Source of the DNA: Rhina ancylostomus
Taxonomy: Eukaryota
Assembly: GCA_030265395.1 (NCBI GenBank)
Contig: JARFYF010000029.1
Location: 19,907,941-19,971,940, forward strand
DNA length: 64,000 bases
Direction of reading: 5' to 3'
Under the pieces are notes generated by a model. The model was given only the letters and a program-made list of their open reading frames with translations. It was not told the origin of the DNA and did not search any database. This document shows, one piece after another, positions 25,140-36,450 of this stretch (position 1 is its first letter; each line of letters begins with the position of its first letter). The position numbers and the translations under genes are program-made.

Positions 25140-25415
25140 AAATGAGACATTAAACCAAGGTCCTATCTAATCTCTTAGATGGAGCATAAAAATCCTGAAG
25201 TATTAAAGAGCAGGGGAATAACTTTTGTTGTCCTGGTCAGTATTCATCCTTCAATTAACAACAATAATACAGATAATCTAATCATCTCACATTGCTGTTT
25301 ATGAGTACTTGCTGTTCTGAAAATAGCAGCTGTGATTTTTATATTACCACAGTAACTGTGCCTAGAGAAGCTAATTTATTAGCTTTAAAGACAGAGATGT
25401 CCTGAGATTGTGTCT
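25140..25415 (+). mobile_element. Deu-domain SINE (SacSINE1/AmnSINE1-like)
   Basis: tgtcctggtcagtattcatccttcaattaaca...acagataatctaatcatctcacattgctgtttatgag..ttgctgt matches the Deu core as I recall it; reverse fragments at ~10375-10460 and ~61170-61430. Confidence 0.7.
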
Positions 25416-27404
25416 GTGTCCTGCTGAAATCAGTATGACCAGACCCATCTCAGTGACAGATATTAAAGCTCCACATGGTTCCTTTGCTCCTCTTAGTGCT
25501 TCCACCAAATGAAGGAGATCTTTCTCGTTAAGTGAAGGAGGACTGGTTTGACCTGATGTATGGCACTTAATGTGGTCTGCCGAGGAGTTGTGTCAGTCTC
25601 TCCCTCTCAACTGGCATTATGCCACCTCTACTTATAGGTCAATCCTACAAATGTGACAATTCATAAACCAGAGCTGGTGATAGCGGAGTTGGGTTGTTGG
25701 CTTAATGGGTACGATTTTATGAATGTGACTGTATTATTTAATTAGTCCATGGGGTGGCTGCCCCATTTTTGGTACAAGATTAGCAAGCCGAACTTGCAGG
25801 ATCAACAGGAATGTGTCTATGTCAGGGTTAACTGTTATATGCAACTGCCAAGACATTTGAGAGTTATCACATTGCTCTGGGATTGAAGTCATATAATGGC
25901 CATTCTGGGTAAGGATGTTGCTTTTTTGTTTCTCAGCTGAAATCAAAATCACCATCTGCCATGGTGACACAGGAACTTGCAACAGGTTAATGGATATGGG
26001 CTTTGGATTATAATCAACTAATGTGGCCACTATAAAATTGATGCAGGGTTTTGATCCAAAACATTGATAATTCCTTCCCCCCGCCCCCCCAGNNNNNNNN
26101 NNNNNNNNNNNNNNNNNNNNNNNNNNNNNNNNNNNNNNNNNNNNNNNNNNNNNNNNNNNNNNNNNNNNNNNNNNNNNNNNNNNNNNNNNNNNNNNNNNNN
26201 NNNNNNNNNNNNNNNNNNNNNNNNNNNNNNNNNNNNNNNNNNNNNNNNNNNNNNNNNNNNNNNNNNNNNNNNNNNNNNNNNNNNNACTAGCCCACAAAGA
26301 AGGAGTGCCCCGCGCCATCTTGTGTCGGGGCCTCCAACGACGCTCGCAATCGTGGGAGCCAGGTGGTGAAAGGTAAGTTGCCACAACTCCATATTTGGCC
26401 CATTCAAATACTCCTCTTCAGTAAAAATTGGAAAGTTAGCACCACTGGCATTAGGGCTTTGCAGGGTGCAGGCCCACTGTGGTGGCTTGGGTATTGTTTG
26501 CATTCAAGACTAACAGTCTGAATGTTAAAGGAATCAAAGGATATGGGGGTAGTGCAGGAAAATGATGCTGAGCTAGAAGATCAAACACAATTTTATTGAA
26601 TGCAGAGTGAGGCTCAAGGAGCAGATTGCCCATTCTTGCTTCTGTTTCTTAGTTCTTGTGCTTTTTATTTTAGCATTTCAAGGAGAAATTATAGCTTGTA
26701 CACAGGAAATGGAAAGAAAGAAAAATATGCATGTATATAAAATCTGCTTTAAAATGCCATTTGATATATTGACGAGGACTCCAGCGTAGCTCTCATGCTC
26801 CTAGCTGGAATATTATCATGGGGTCTTTCATAAGCATCTGAAAGAGCAGTTGGCATTATAGCTTAATTTCTCACCTGAATAATGGCGCCTCTGATAATGC
26901 AGATCTCCCCTACCACTGCACTAAGTTACTGACCTTTCTCTCTTGGAGGCAAATGTACTTCCACCACTTGGTGTTCTGTGGGAATTTTTTTGTCCATCTG
27001 CACCAGGTAAAAAGGCTAGGTTTGGCACTCTGTAGGATAGTAATCATGAAAGGCTCAGTTTTGGCCAATTACTTGAGAATCCAAGAAAGGAGAAAGGAAA
27101 TTAGGACAGGAGTTTGTGCATGATAAGTTCAGGTAAAATTTTGAGTACTTGCAGGCTATCCGGTATGTAAATTTTGTAATAGCAGTAACGTTGAACCACA
27201 AGCTGTTATGGCAGGCTGTTGATCAATTTGGAGATGTAGTGCATTACTCCACTGGTCAAACACCTTTGCAAATGACGTGGTTATATAGCCACAGGCCTCA
27301 ACAACTAGTGTTATGAACTCCCTCACTCAAGAATCCAGACTATATCTGCGCCAAGATCAAGAAAATCCTCTTGACATCTTTTAAAAGACTCACCTCATGT
27401 AGAT

Positions 27405-27705
27405 AAGAACATAAAAAATAGCAGCAGGAGGAGGCCATCTGGCCCATCGAGCCTGCTCCGCCATTCAATAAGGCCATGGCTGATCTGGCCATGGTCTCAG
27501 ATCCACCTACCTGCCTTTTCCTCATAACCCTTAATTCCCCTACTATGCAAAAATCTATCTAACTGTGACCTTAAATATATTTAATGAGGTCGCCTTTACT
27601 GCTTCCCTGGGCAGAGAATTCCATAGATTCACTACTCTCTGGGAAAATCAGTTCCTCCTCATCTCTACTCCCGCAAATCTTGAAGCCATGTCCCCTAGTT
27701 CTAGA
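27405..27705 (-). mobile_element. CR1 3' tail, relatively young copy
   Basis: aagaacataaaaaatagcagcaggaggaggccatctggcccatcgagcctgctccgccattcaataag. Confidence 0.75.
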
Positions 27706-29119
27706 GTCTTGGCAGAGTTGGCTATCTAAAAGAACAGTGATAATTAATTCCCTACTAAATGTTAATCTCTAACATTTGAGGGGTACTTTTTCAGGGTCAG
27801 TAAAGATGACCAAATCTTTTTCCAAAGGTGAAATTATCTCTGTTATATTTCTTTTTGAGAAGGAGTGTCATGTTGAGGATAAATAGCTTTGTATCTCAGC
27901 TAAAAGAGCAAAACCAACAAGAGAATTTCACAGAAAAATATTGTCATCGCAAGCTACTGTTTAAAGAGTCAAAATTCTAGCAAATTCTTGCTAAAATGGA
28001 ATCTGGAATTGAAAATTCCATTGTCAGTCTACCCATCTGCTTCAAAGTCTGGCACAACACAGCAGTTACTAAATTTGAGGAAGCAACTGGCCTTACTGGT
28101 TTAATGCTGAGTTTTTTTTTGAAATGTGATCCAAGAAACCAGCTGCTTCTCTGATTCACTCCAGTTCTTCAGTGAAAAGCATAAACATCATACTTCAAGA
28201 AGTCAAAGTTATGTCCCAGTTACTACATAATTTCTTCATCTGCCAACTCTAGAAGAAGAAAATTGTTGGAGCATCTTCAGAGAAAATGAGTCATAGCTTG
28301 ATGCTTTTACTCATGTGGTGCAGAAATGAAATGATTCCATGGATGCTCAGCACAGAGTGGGATAGATCCTTCAGCAGTTTATATCACTCAAGCTTCATTA
28401 GGAGATTAGCTTCTCCTGGCACATATGACATAAGGGTGAAATAGATAGAAAATGTTATTAGGACATGCAAATAAAACACCATGGTAAACATACCATCATT
28501 AGCAGAACACAACAAGATTCTCTCATGGAAATGTTTTTGTTCCAAATCTGATACGCTTTTCAGTGTATGTGTTTATATCTAAATCACGTTTCTGAAGATT
28601 GCAATATCTCTTGCAGAATTTTTAGTTCCCTCCTGAAAGAATAATAGTTAAAGGCAAAGGCAATCATTTGATGTACTTAGAATTTGAATCACTTAATGCA
28701 AATTTTTTTTGTCCTCCATGCAATTCATTTTAAATGAAAAAATTAATGAAAAAATTGGGGACTCTACATACTACGTAAAGTGTAGTTTTTTTTCTGGGTC
28801 TATGGAAGGGTTTGGGTCCATGGATCTAATACGGGGTGGGGTGGGCATCCTCTATGCCTCAGTCCCCTCTGGGTAGTGACCCTCACCTCATCTCCCAAGC
28901 TTGCAAGCTTCTTCTGATCCTCAGCATTCCCTGAAACAGCCTAAGTCCCCCAGTGATATTGTGCAGTCAACCCTTGCCCTGCTTCCTCATCGACCTGCCA
29001 TTTGACCACACTCTGGAAATCGCTATTCTTAACCCACTGCCAATCCATGACCCTACTTCTACCCAGTGTCCCAAAAGATGGGGCACATGGATATTGTATT
29101 CTTTTATGTTTCTTCAATA

Positions 29120-29465
29120 TAGAAAGGAGCCATTCAGCCCATCATATCTGTGTTGGCTCTCAGAACACTTCCATCAGTCCCATCGCCCCACTTATTTCCC
29201 TGTAATCTGTTCTCTCCCACGTGTCCATCAACTGCCCCCCCCCCAACCCCCCAATTCTCCTGCCTTCACTAGGGGCAGCATACAGTGGTCATTTAACCAA
29301 AACAGCTTATCTTGGAATGTTGGAGGAAACCAGAAAACCCAGAGGAAACCCACCAGGTCACAAGGAAATCCTGCAACCTCCAGGTAGACAGCACCCAAAA
29401 TCAGGATCAAACCCAAGTTGGTGAAGCCACGCAGCAGTAGTACTATTGCTGTACAACTGTGCTGC
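29120..29465 (-). mobile_element. V-SINE (HE1-like)
   Basis: ttggaatgttggaggaaaccagaaaacccagaggaaacccac is the reverse complement of the V-domain core. Confidence 0.75.
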
Positions 29466-30217
29466 AAAAAATTGGCATCAAATCTAAAATGATATTGAAA
29501 CCTATAACCCTGCCAAATCCAAATTCAGAATTAACTCCGACTTGCTGATTTTTGAGAGATTAAATTTGAGTGTTACTACAAGCCTTTGCATCTCAGAATT
29601 ATCATGGTCAAATTTATAAATCTTTTGTTCTTACTTGCAATGAACTGTGGCGGCAGCTTATTACTCACTCCCACCTTGTGGCCACAGTGTGTAGTATACC
29701 ACATTTAAACAGAAAATGCCAGAAGCTCTCAAAATGTCAAACGGCATCTGTGGAGAGAGAAACAACCTGAAGGTTTCAACCCGAAATGATGACTTTTTCT
29801 CTTCATACAGATGCTGCCTGACGTGCCGAGTGCCTTTGTTTTTTGGTTTTATTTCAGATTTCCTGCATCTGTAGTTTTGCTTTAATTCTGAAATGACAAC
29901 TTAAGAATACATTTGTAGAAAAAGACTATTTGGTTCATTATTTATCCAGAACATTGTTATTCTGTGCCTGTTTCATCAACTAATTTCAGCATTCATTCCC
30001 AAATGAGATCAAACTTCCTTCAATTAAGCACTGAGAAAGACCAAAGCCATTTTCTTCAGGACCCATCATAAATTCCATTCCATGATCACCTTCATGTCAT
30101 CACACACCCTTCTTGGTCACCTATCTCAGGCTGAGAAAATTGTCTTAAAATATTTTGTTCTAGTTTCCATCCCTTTCCCTGTCCTTCTTTTCTGCAGCTT
30201 GCTGCTCATTCTAGGTT

Positions 30218-30720
30218 ATAGGGCATCTCCGGGTAACAAATGAGTTCTGTTTTTACAGACATCCATAAATCAATATAGTCCATAAATCAGNNNNNNNNNN
30301 NNNNNNNNNNNNNNNNNNNNNNNNATATGATAACCATGCCTCCACAGTGTTGTTGAGGGCCAATTAACATGAACAGTTACTTACTTACTTTCTTCCCCTG
30401 CCTAGTTAGAATGGTACAGAATCAGGATGTCCCACATTCAATGGCTGGTTTCAGTGGCCGTGAAGTATCAGTGGCTGTTGTATTGTTTAACAGAGTATCA
30501 TTGTAGAAGTATCAGTAGAAACTATTGCTTGTCAATTTCCAAAACAACTCTATTAAGTGGCATCCCATGGTGAAACTGGCAACCCGTGTTCTGAAGAGAC
30601 AATGGCGTCAGGTTACTGTGGGGTAACTGTGAGTTACTGGTCCTCAATTGCATTTAATAATGTTTATGAGAGTTGGTTCACATATACCCGGTGTCTACAA
30701 GTCGTTCATAACCCGGGGAG
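30218..30720. mobile_element. Tc1/mariner-pogo (Tigger-like) non-autonomous element
   Basis: Left end tata.ggcatctccgggtaacaaatgag and right end gtcgttcataacccggggag are imperfect inverted termini next to TA. Confidence 0.55.
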
Positions 30721-30739
30721 GGTTAGGAATGACTTTTAG

Positions 30740-30806
30740 ACTCTACAAATATATAGGTCCTCCCCGCGCGTTCGTAACCCGGGGAGGGCCTATATATTTG
30801 TAGAGT
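30740..30806. repeat. Foldback palindrome: 27-bp arms with 1 mismatch, 13-nt loop
   Basis: actctacaaatatataggtcctccccg ... cggggagggcctatatatttgtagagt. Confidence 0.95.
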
Positions 30807-31546
30807 TATGAGCAACCCTGTAGTGACTTGTCCATGTGGCTATTGAGAAATGATGGATCTCCCTCTCCACTGCCCGGAGATCTTGATCATCATGCTGTAT
30901 ACAGTCCAGAAGTCCTTTTCTCACATTTTTAGGAGAGACCAGGAGGAAATAAGGGACAGGAATAGTAATCGCCTACAGTGGTAAAATAACCATCCATGTT
31001 GAAAGCTCAACTGCACTTTAGAGATAACTTGCTGTTTGGTTATCAACCTGGCAGAAACTCCCTGATTTTTGATTTTTGGGTGATCCTTTTCATCAGGTTA
31101 CCAGCCAGCTGATAAAATTGCACTTGCCTTCAGTTTTCCCTTTTCATTTGGTCAAGNNNNNNNNNNNNNNNNNNNNNNNNNNNNNNNNNNNNNNNNNNNN
31201 NNNNNNNNNNNNNNNNNNNNNNNNNNNNNNNNNNNNNNNNNNNNNNNNNNNNNNNNNNNNNNNNNNNNNNNNNNNNNNNNNNNNNNNNNNNNNNNNNNNN
31301 NNNNNNNNNNNNNNNNNNNNNNNNNNNNNNNNNGGTGCATAATTTCCCTTTGGGAGATCATTGTATCATCGACACATTTAAGGGAAAGTTAGATAAATAT
31401 TTGTAGAAGGAGAATAGGGTTTGATGAGGCAGGTTGGGAGAAAATTTGTATGGAACATAAACATTGATAACGACAAATTGGGTCACATGGTTTGTTTACA
31501 TGCCAGACATTATATGTTATAATATTTTCACATTTTTTAATCTTAG

Positions 31547-31647
31547 GTTCATCTGACTTATGTCTATCCCAATGATTACACAAGGCTAACACACATGGAA
31601 TCAGAAAACAAATGCTTTTATTTTGAAAATGTCTATTACTTGGAAAG
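31547..31647 (+). CDS. B4GALNT3: B4GALNT3 exon [33 protein letters not shown] (101 nt)
   Basis: tcttag acceptor, ag|gtgaga donor; YPNDYTRL motif. Confidence 0.95.
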
Positions 31648-32182
31648 GTGAGATCATACAACATGAAATGTTAGGAAGGTGACTCCACATTTAATTAATT
31701 ATGAATCAATTAATTATTTAATTAATAATTAAATGTGATGGAAATAAAAATGAGAATTAATTGGATGAAAATTAATTCAGGAATTTGGCTATTGTCTGCA
31801 TGTTCTAATTTCTTTGTTTTTTCTTGCCAGACATTAGCTTCAGGGTTCAGAATTAATTTATGATTCCTTTGGGTTTTTACCTTCAAGGGTTGGGAATTAC
31901 TTGCAAATCCTATTGGATTTGATCTTTGAAATTTGAATCAGAAGACAGGAATGAACACAAAGATGATGACAAAAGTGCAAAATAACTGAGGAAAGTCCAT
32001 CAGGAATAATTGGAACAATGAATGAAAAATAAAACTATAATAGCACTGGTTCTATTTAGTAATTTAATGTATTCTTAATAATGACTGGAAAATATGCCCA
32101 AGTTCTTACATATTGGAAACTATAAAGAACTTGTTAAAATGCCATCGACCTTACCTTAAACCATGTTATATCTATCCAACAG

Positions 32183-32271
32183 ATTTGGATTCTACAAATA
32201 CATGAAAATGGATGTGCCCGCACAAAAATCAAATGAAGGAAAATCCGGAAATTCTCTCTGGATAGGAGCAG
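32183..32271 (+). CDS. B4GALNT3: B4GALNT3 exon FGFYKYMKMDVPAQKSNEGKSGNSLWIGA (89 nt; alternative in-frame donor at 32277)
   Basis: caacag acceptor; donor is cag|gtgatg or, 6 nt downstream, atg|gtaacc, both phase 1. Confidence 0.85.
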
Positions 32272-33590
32272 GTGATGGTAACCAATACATTTTGGATCTA
32301 TGACTCTGTACTATAATTAATCTCAATATGTTTATTGAAATTTTGTTCAACATTATCAGTGGGTAGTGTTATTTGTGAATCAGTAAACAAAAAAAAAGAA
32401 TTTGGGTATGGAAATGATAGTTTGAGATGTGGCAGTGGTTTGCATGGTAGGTTAATGATCGATTAATTGGGGTAGTGGAGGCAGATTTGAACGGAACAAG
32501 GATAGTCAATGCCTACAAATATCTACAATGTCAAATAAGATGGGTTCTGGTTAGAGTACTTGGTTGGTTAGTGTTTATTAGATATAAAGTCCAAAATGCA
32601 GGAGGTTGGTTTAATTGATAATCCCAGAGAGGAATTAAGGGATGTAATGAGAGAAATGAATGAAAGATGGGAGTTCAGGGCTGTGTAGGGTGGAATCTTG
32701 GTGGGAGTTTGGCTGGCAAAAAAAGGAGGAAAGCTCAGTCTTCAAGAAAATGTCCTCAGATATTACTGGGGGAGAAGGTAGAGGAAGCAACAGCGAATTT
32801 CAGGAGACTGTTAACAGTTGAGTGGTTGAAGGTTAACTTTGTATTTCAGGGTGATCCTGGAATTGAGCATGTTCATTGGAAGATTTGATAATGAGGGGCA
32901 AAGAATGACCATGGTGGTTTGGACAGGTCAAATGGTATAAACTATGGCAAGGCAGTGAGGAGGAAGCATGGTCACTTGTGGATGCCATTTCTGTCAAGAT
33001 GATGATGTCTGTGGAGTAATTCTCGGAAATAATTTGTCACTGGTGAAACACAGAATGAACTGGTAGCTGATTAGGAGAATCTATTGATAGAAGACATTTT
33101 GTTTCCAAGTTCCAGCAGCTTTAATAGGCAAATGTTTGCTTTCTTTCATAACCCCTCCACTAACAAAAGCATCCAACATATCCTGATTCTTTACACATAA
33201 CTAGCAGAGGCAGAAATGATTACAGGTTAATGAACCTATTAGTGTTTTAATGGCACTGTGTCAATGTTCCACAAATCTACACTATCCTTCTTAATTATTA
33301 CTAATATATTCCAATATTTTGATTGAAATGCTGATGGNNNNNNNNNNNNNNNNNNNNNNNNNNNNNNNNNNNNNNNNNNNNNNNNNNTCTGCCTTGTTTG
33401 TGGTTAATTAAAAATGTGAAATCTGTCACGTTACACTTATATCCCTCTTTAGAAGAAATGTAGACAAAAATGATTGTTCTTGTCATTGTTAATAACTTGC
33501 AAACTTATTAAAAATCAAAAATGAATAAAAATGTTCTTGCAGTATGAAAGATTTTCTAATGAAATTGGATGGTATTGATCTTTTTTATAG

Positions 33591-35007
33591 GAAAGCCAAA
33601 TGAGCAGAACAGGAATAAAGAGGAAGGACTGGAGCACAATGTTGAAGTGGAAGAGGAGGAATATAACTATGAAGAGGATGATCAATTCCCACAACCAGTG
33701 AATCAAAAAGATGCACTACATGAGCAAAGCCAAAAGAATATTGAAGAAGTTGGAAGTCAAAAAGAAAAGGCAGACAGCATCCAAGAGGCCAAACGCTCCC
33801 CTAATTTGCATAACAAGGTGAATGACGTCACTTTAAAAGACTATGGCGATGATTATGATGATTATACCTTTAAGAGGAAAAGGAAGCTATTCTTTGTTGT
33901 AGAAAATAAACCGAGTAACAGTGCAGTTGATCATAATACAGTTGTTGACCATAGATTAGCTGAGAAAGTTCTGGCACACAAAGGAATGAAAAGCAAGAGA
34001 AACAAAATTTCTTCAGTTAAAGAAAACATACAAAGCACCCATTCTCCAAGTCAGAAAACAAATAGGACTTACCAAGGTTTTTCAAAACAGAAATATATAT
34101 CATTGAATGATGGGTTAGGAGAACTAACTGTAAAATCCTCTGTAAAAGAGAAGGCTAAAGGCAACAACTTTTCTGCCCAGCAGATTTCTCAGGGAAAAAA
34201 TCTAGATATTAACCAAAATATTGGTAGACTTGAGTTTAAAGAGAGACAAGTTCATGGGTTAGTGGAGAAACAAAAAGAAGTGGTCATTCAGAAAGCTAAG
34301 AGAACAACTTATGACCAACAACCACCTACGTTGTCAGGACAAAAAGTGAACAAAAATGATGTTGCATTTATCAATAAAAAGGATAGTAAAGGGAGAACTC
34401 ATCAGTTAAAGCGTAGAGAACTTAAGTCACCATCCAAACTGAAAGAGGAAACACTTGATGCTGACAGACAAATCAATAGTTCAAATAAATCTGTCCTTGG
34501 TCAAAATAACAAACTAAATAATCTTGCTGAGAACCCAGGACCTTCAGTCCCCATGCTGTCCCACTCCAGAAAGGAGAAACAATCAATCAAAATGACAGAC
34601 CACTATGATAAAGTTATATCATTTGCCAATCAGAAATGGAAAGAGAAAGAATATGATTATACAAAACAGGAAAATGATCCAGTAATCAAAAGGTCACAAG
34701 GTAAAATCAAAGAAAATTTTGAAGAGAATGGGAACAAAGATGGAAAATGGAGTCGCCTGGATAAATCAATAAGAGAAGAGGATGATGAAGAAGACTTCCC
34801 AGATGATGTGAACTTTTATCAACATATATATGACAAAGCAGTCAGTTGGGAACAGACCTTCTCCGTAAACAATATGGACTTCCATTCCTTAAGATCTGAC
34901 TGGATTGATCTCCGATGTAATGTGTCAGGAAATTTGTTGATGAAAGATCAAGAGGCTCTAGATGTCGTGGAAATGTATATGAGGAAGCTGAATGAAAAAC
35001 ACAAAGG
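33591..35007 (+). CDS. B4GALNT3: B4GALNT3 large linker exon (1417 nt): charged, low-complexity region ending in conserved WEQTF...LRSDWIDLRCNVSGNLLM
   Basis: Lies within the 480-aa ORF 33569-35011; ttttatag acceptor, gg|gtgagt donor; phases match both neighbours. Confidence 0.93.
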
Positions 35008-36089
35008 GTGAGTAATGATTTGCATCCTTCATTTCCTCTTCCAAACATGATGATTTACCTTGTGGATTCTGAGGTTTTCCCGCCTAATTCCTCACTTTCA
35101 GCACAGGAAATCACAATCAAACCAGTGCAATTTTTTTTTTCTTGGCCCTTTTGTCTAACATGGAAATGGTGGCCAAAACCATCAACGAACTTATTGCACC
35201 CAGTCTTATATAGTGGCTGATGATAGGCACCTAAGCTTCCAAAGGAACACAAGTTGAAGCTACCTAAAGCTGGGCACTTGCATTGGAGGCTCAAACTTTT
35301 GCCATGCATGTTCAGTTTGCTACCACACAGGTTTAGACTGCTGTCATTATGTCTGTAAATGCCAGAGCTAAAGAGTCTTGTGGGAATTTACAGCAATTTG
35401 GCTCCAACTGATTTGTGGATGGTCCATCCTTGGAGAGTGATAACCACTCTACAGAGCATGAAACTGCTGTCCTTGGAATAATAAATTTATCCACTTGCTG
35501 CTATCACTTTGCCAGTGCCCTTCTTTTTTAACCTACCAGCCATCCATCCAAAGTGGTTGCTGCTCCTACCATGCAGCCTGATCTTGCCTCTGAGCTGCTT
35601 GAAATTTTGCTCTGTTTCCACTGAAAGCATAGGGCTTTCCATGTACTATGGTGCCACCACTGTTGGGATAATGCACCTGGCATGCAAAGTCACAAGTACG
35701 GCTGTAGCAAGGGTAATGTGCAAGGGTGATTAGTTTAGTTTTGCATGCAATATAGTATGATTACAAATTTTGGTTTGGCATATTTACTTGTCCACTGATA
35801 GTCAGCAATAAAAGGATAAGATGTATGTGATTGCTGACATTGTATTCAGATGAATTGTTTATAAACAGCTCAGCTAGAAAGTCCAAGATTGTCACCTCCT
35901 TTCCACTTTAGATTTCCATTGTTTCTCATCTGTTCTCTATAGCTGATTATAAACCGTGTCCAATTGTGGCAAGATTGTGCAGAATATAGCAGACCACCAC
36001 AATTCTTGACACCACTTAATAAATAATACAGAGCACTCTGAGGAGAAAAAGACGTTTTTACATGAAATCAATCACTGATGGGTCAAGTA

Positions 36090-36450
36090 CAGTTGGCACA
36101 GTGGGGTGTCAGGATATTGAATGTTGCACTGTATGATCGTCTGGATGTGGCCATACATAAGACGGACGCTAAGGGAATGGAAATACTCTTGATTGCAGTA
36201 CATCTTTGAGTTGTATGTAGTGCCCCCAAAGTGACATGCATGTTGCTTGTGGCAATCTGCACCACGGAGATGCTTGCAGTCATTGTATAGCTGTGTGCAC
36301 GTTTACCTGCTGCTGTTGTAGAAGTTATAGCTTTCATTAACGAGGGAGCATCAGTAAGTTCCATGGTGTAAACCCAGAGATATTCCAAACTTCTGAGATG
36401 TCAGGTTCACCCATTGCACAAAAATTTGTGGCCATGGCCACTTGTATTTT
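36090..36450 (-). pseudogene. PIF/Harbinger (HARBI1-like, DDE_Tnp_4) transposase fossil
   Basis: Broken frames give QVAMATNFCAMG..NIS..ELTDA..KRAHSYTMTASISVVQIATSNMHVTLGA..YCNQEYFHSLSVRLMYGH..IIQCNIQYP, collinear with VTxALNF..EVTDAL..FPxVQGAIDCTHV..NRKGFHSLNVQLVCD..YPG. Confidence 0.7.

Noticed and set aside
31690-31732. AT-only near-palindrome downstream of an exon
   Set aside because: Low-complexity AT sequence, expected by chance
33569-35011. 480-aa ORF as a stand-alone gene
   Set aside because: It is an internal exon; splice sites at 33591 and 35007 join in phase to the flanking B4GALNT3 exons
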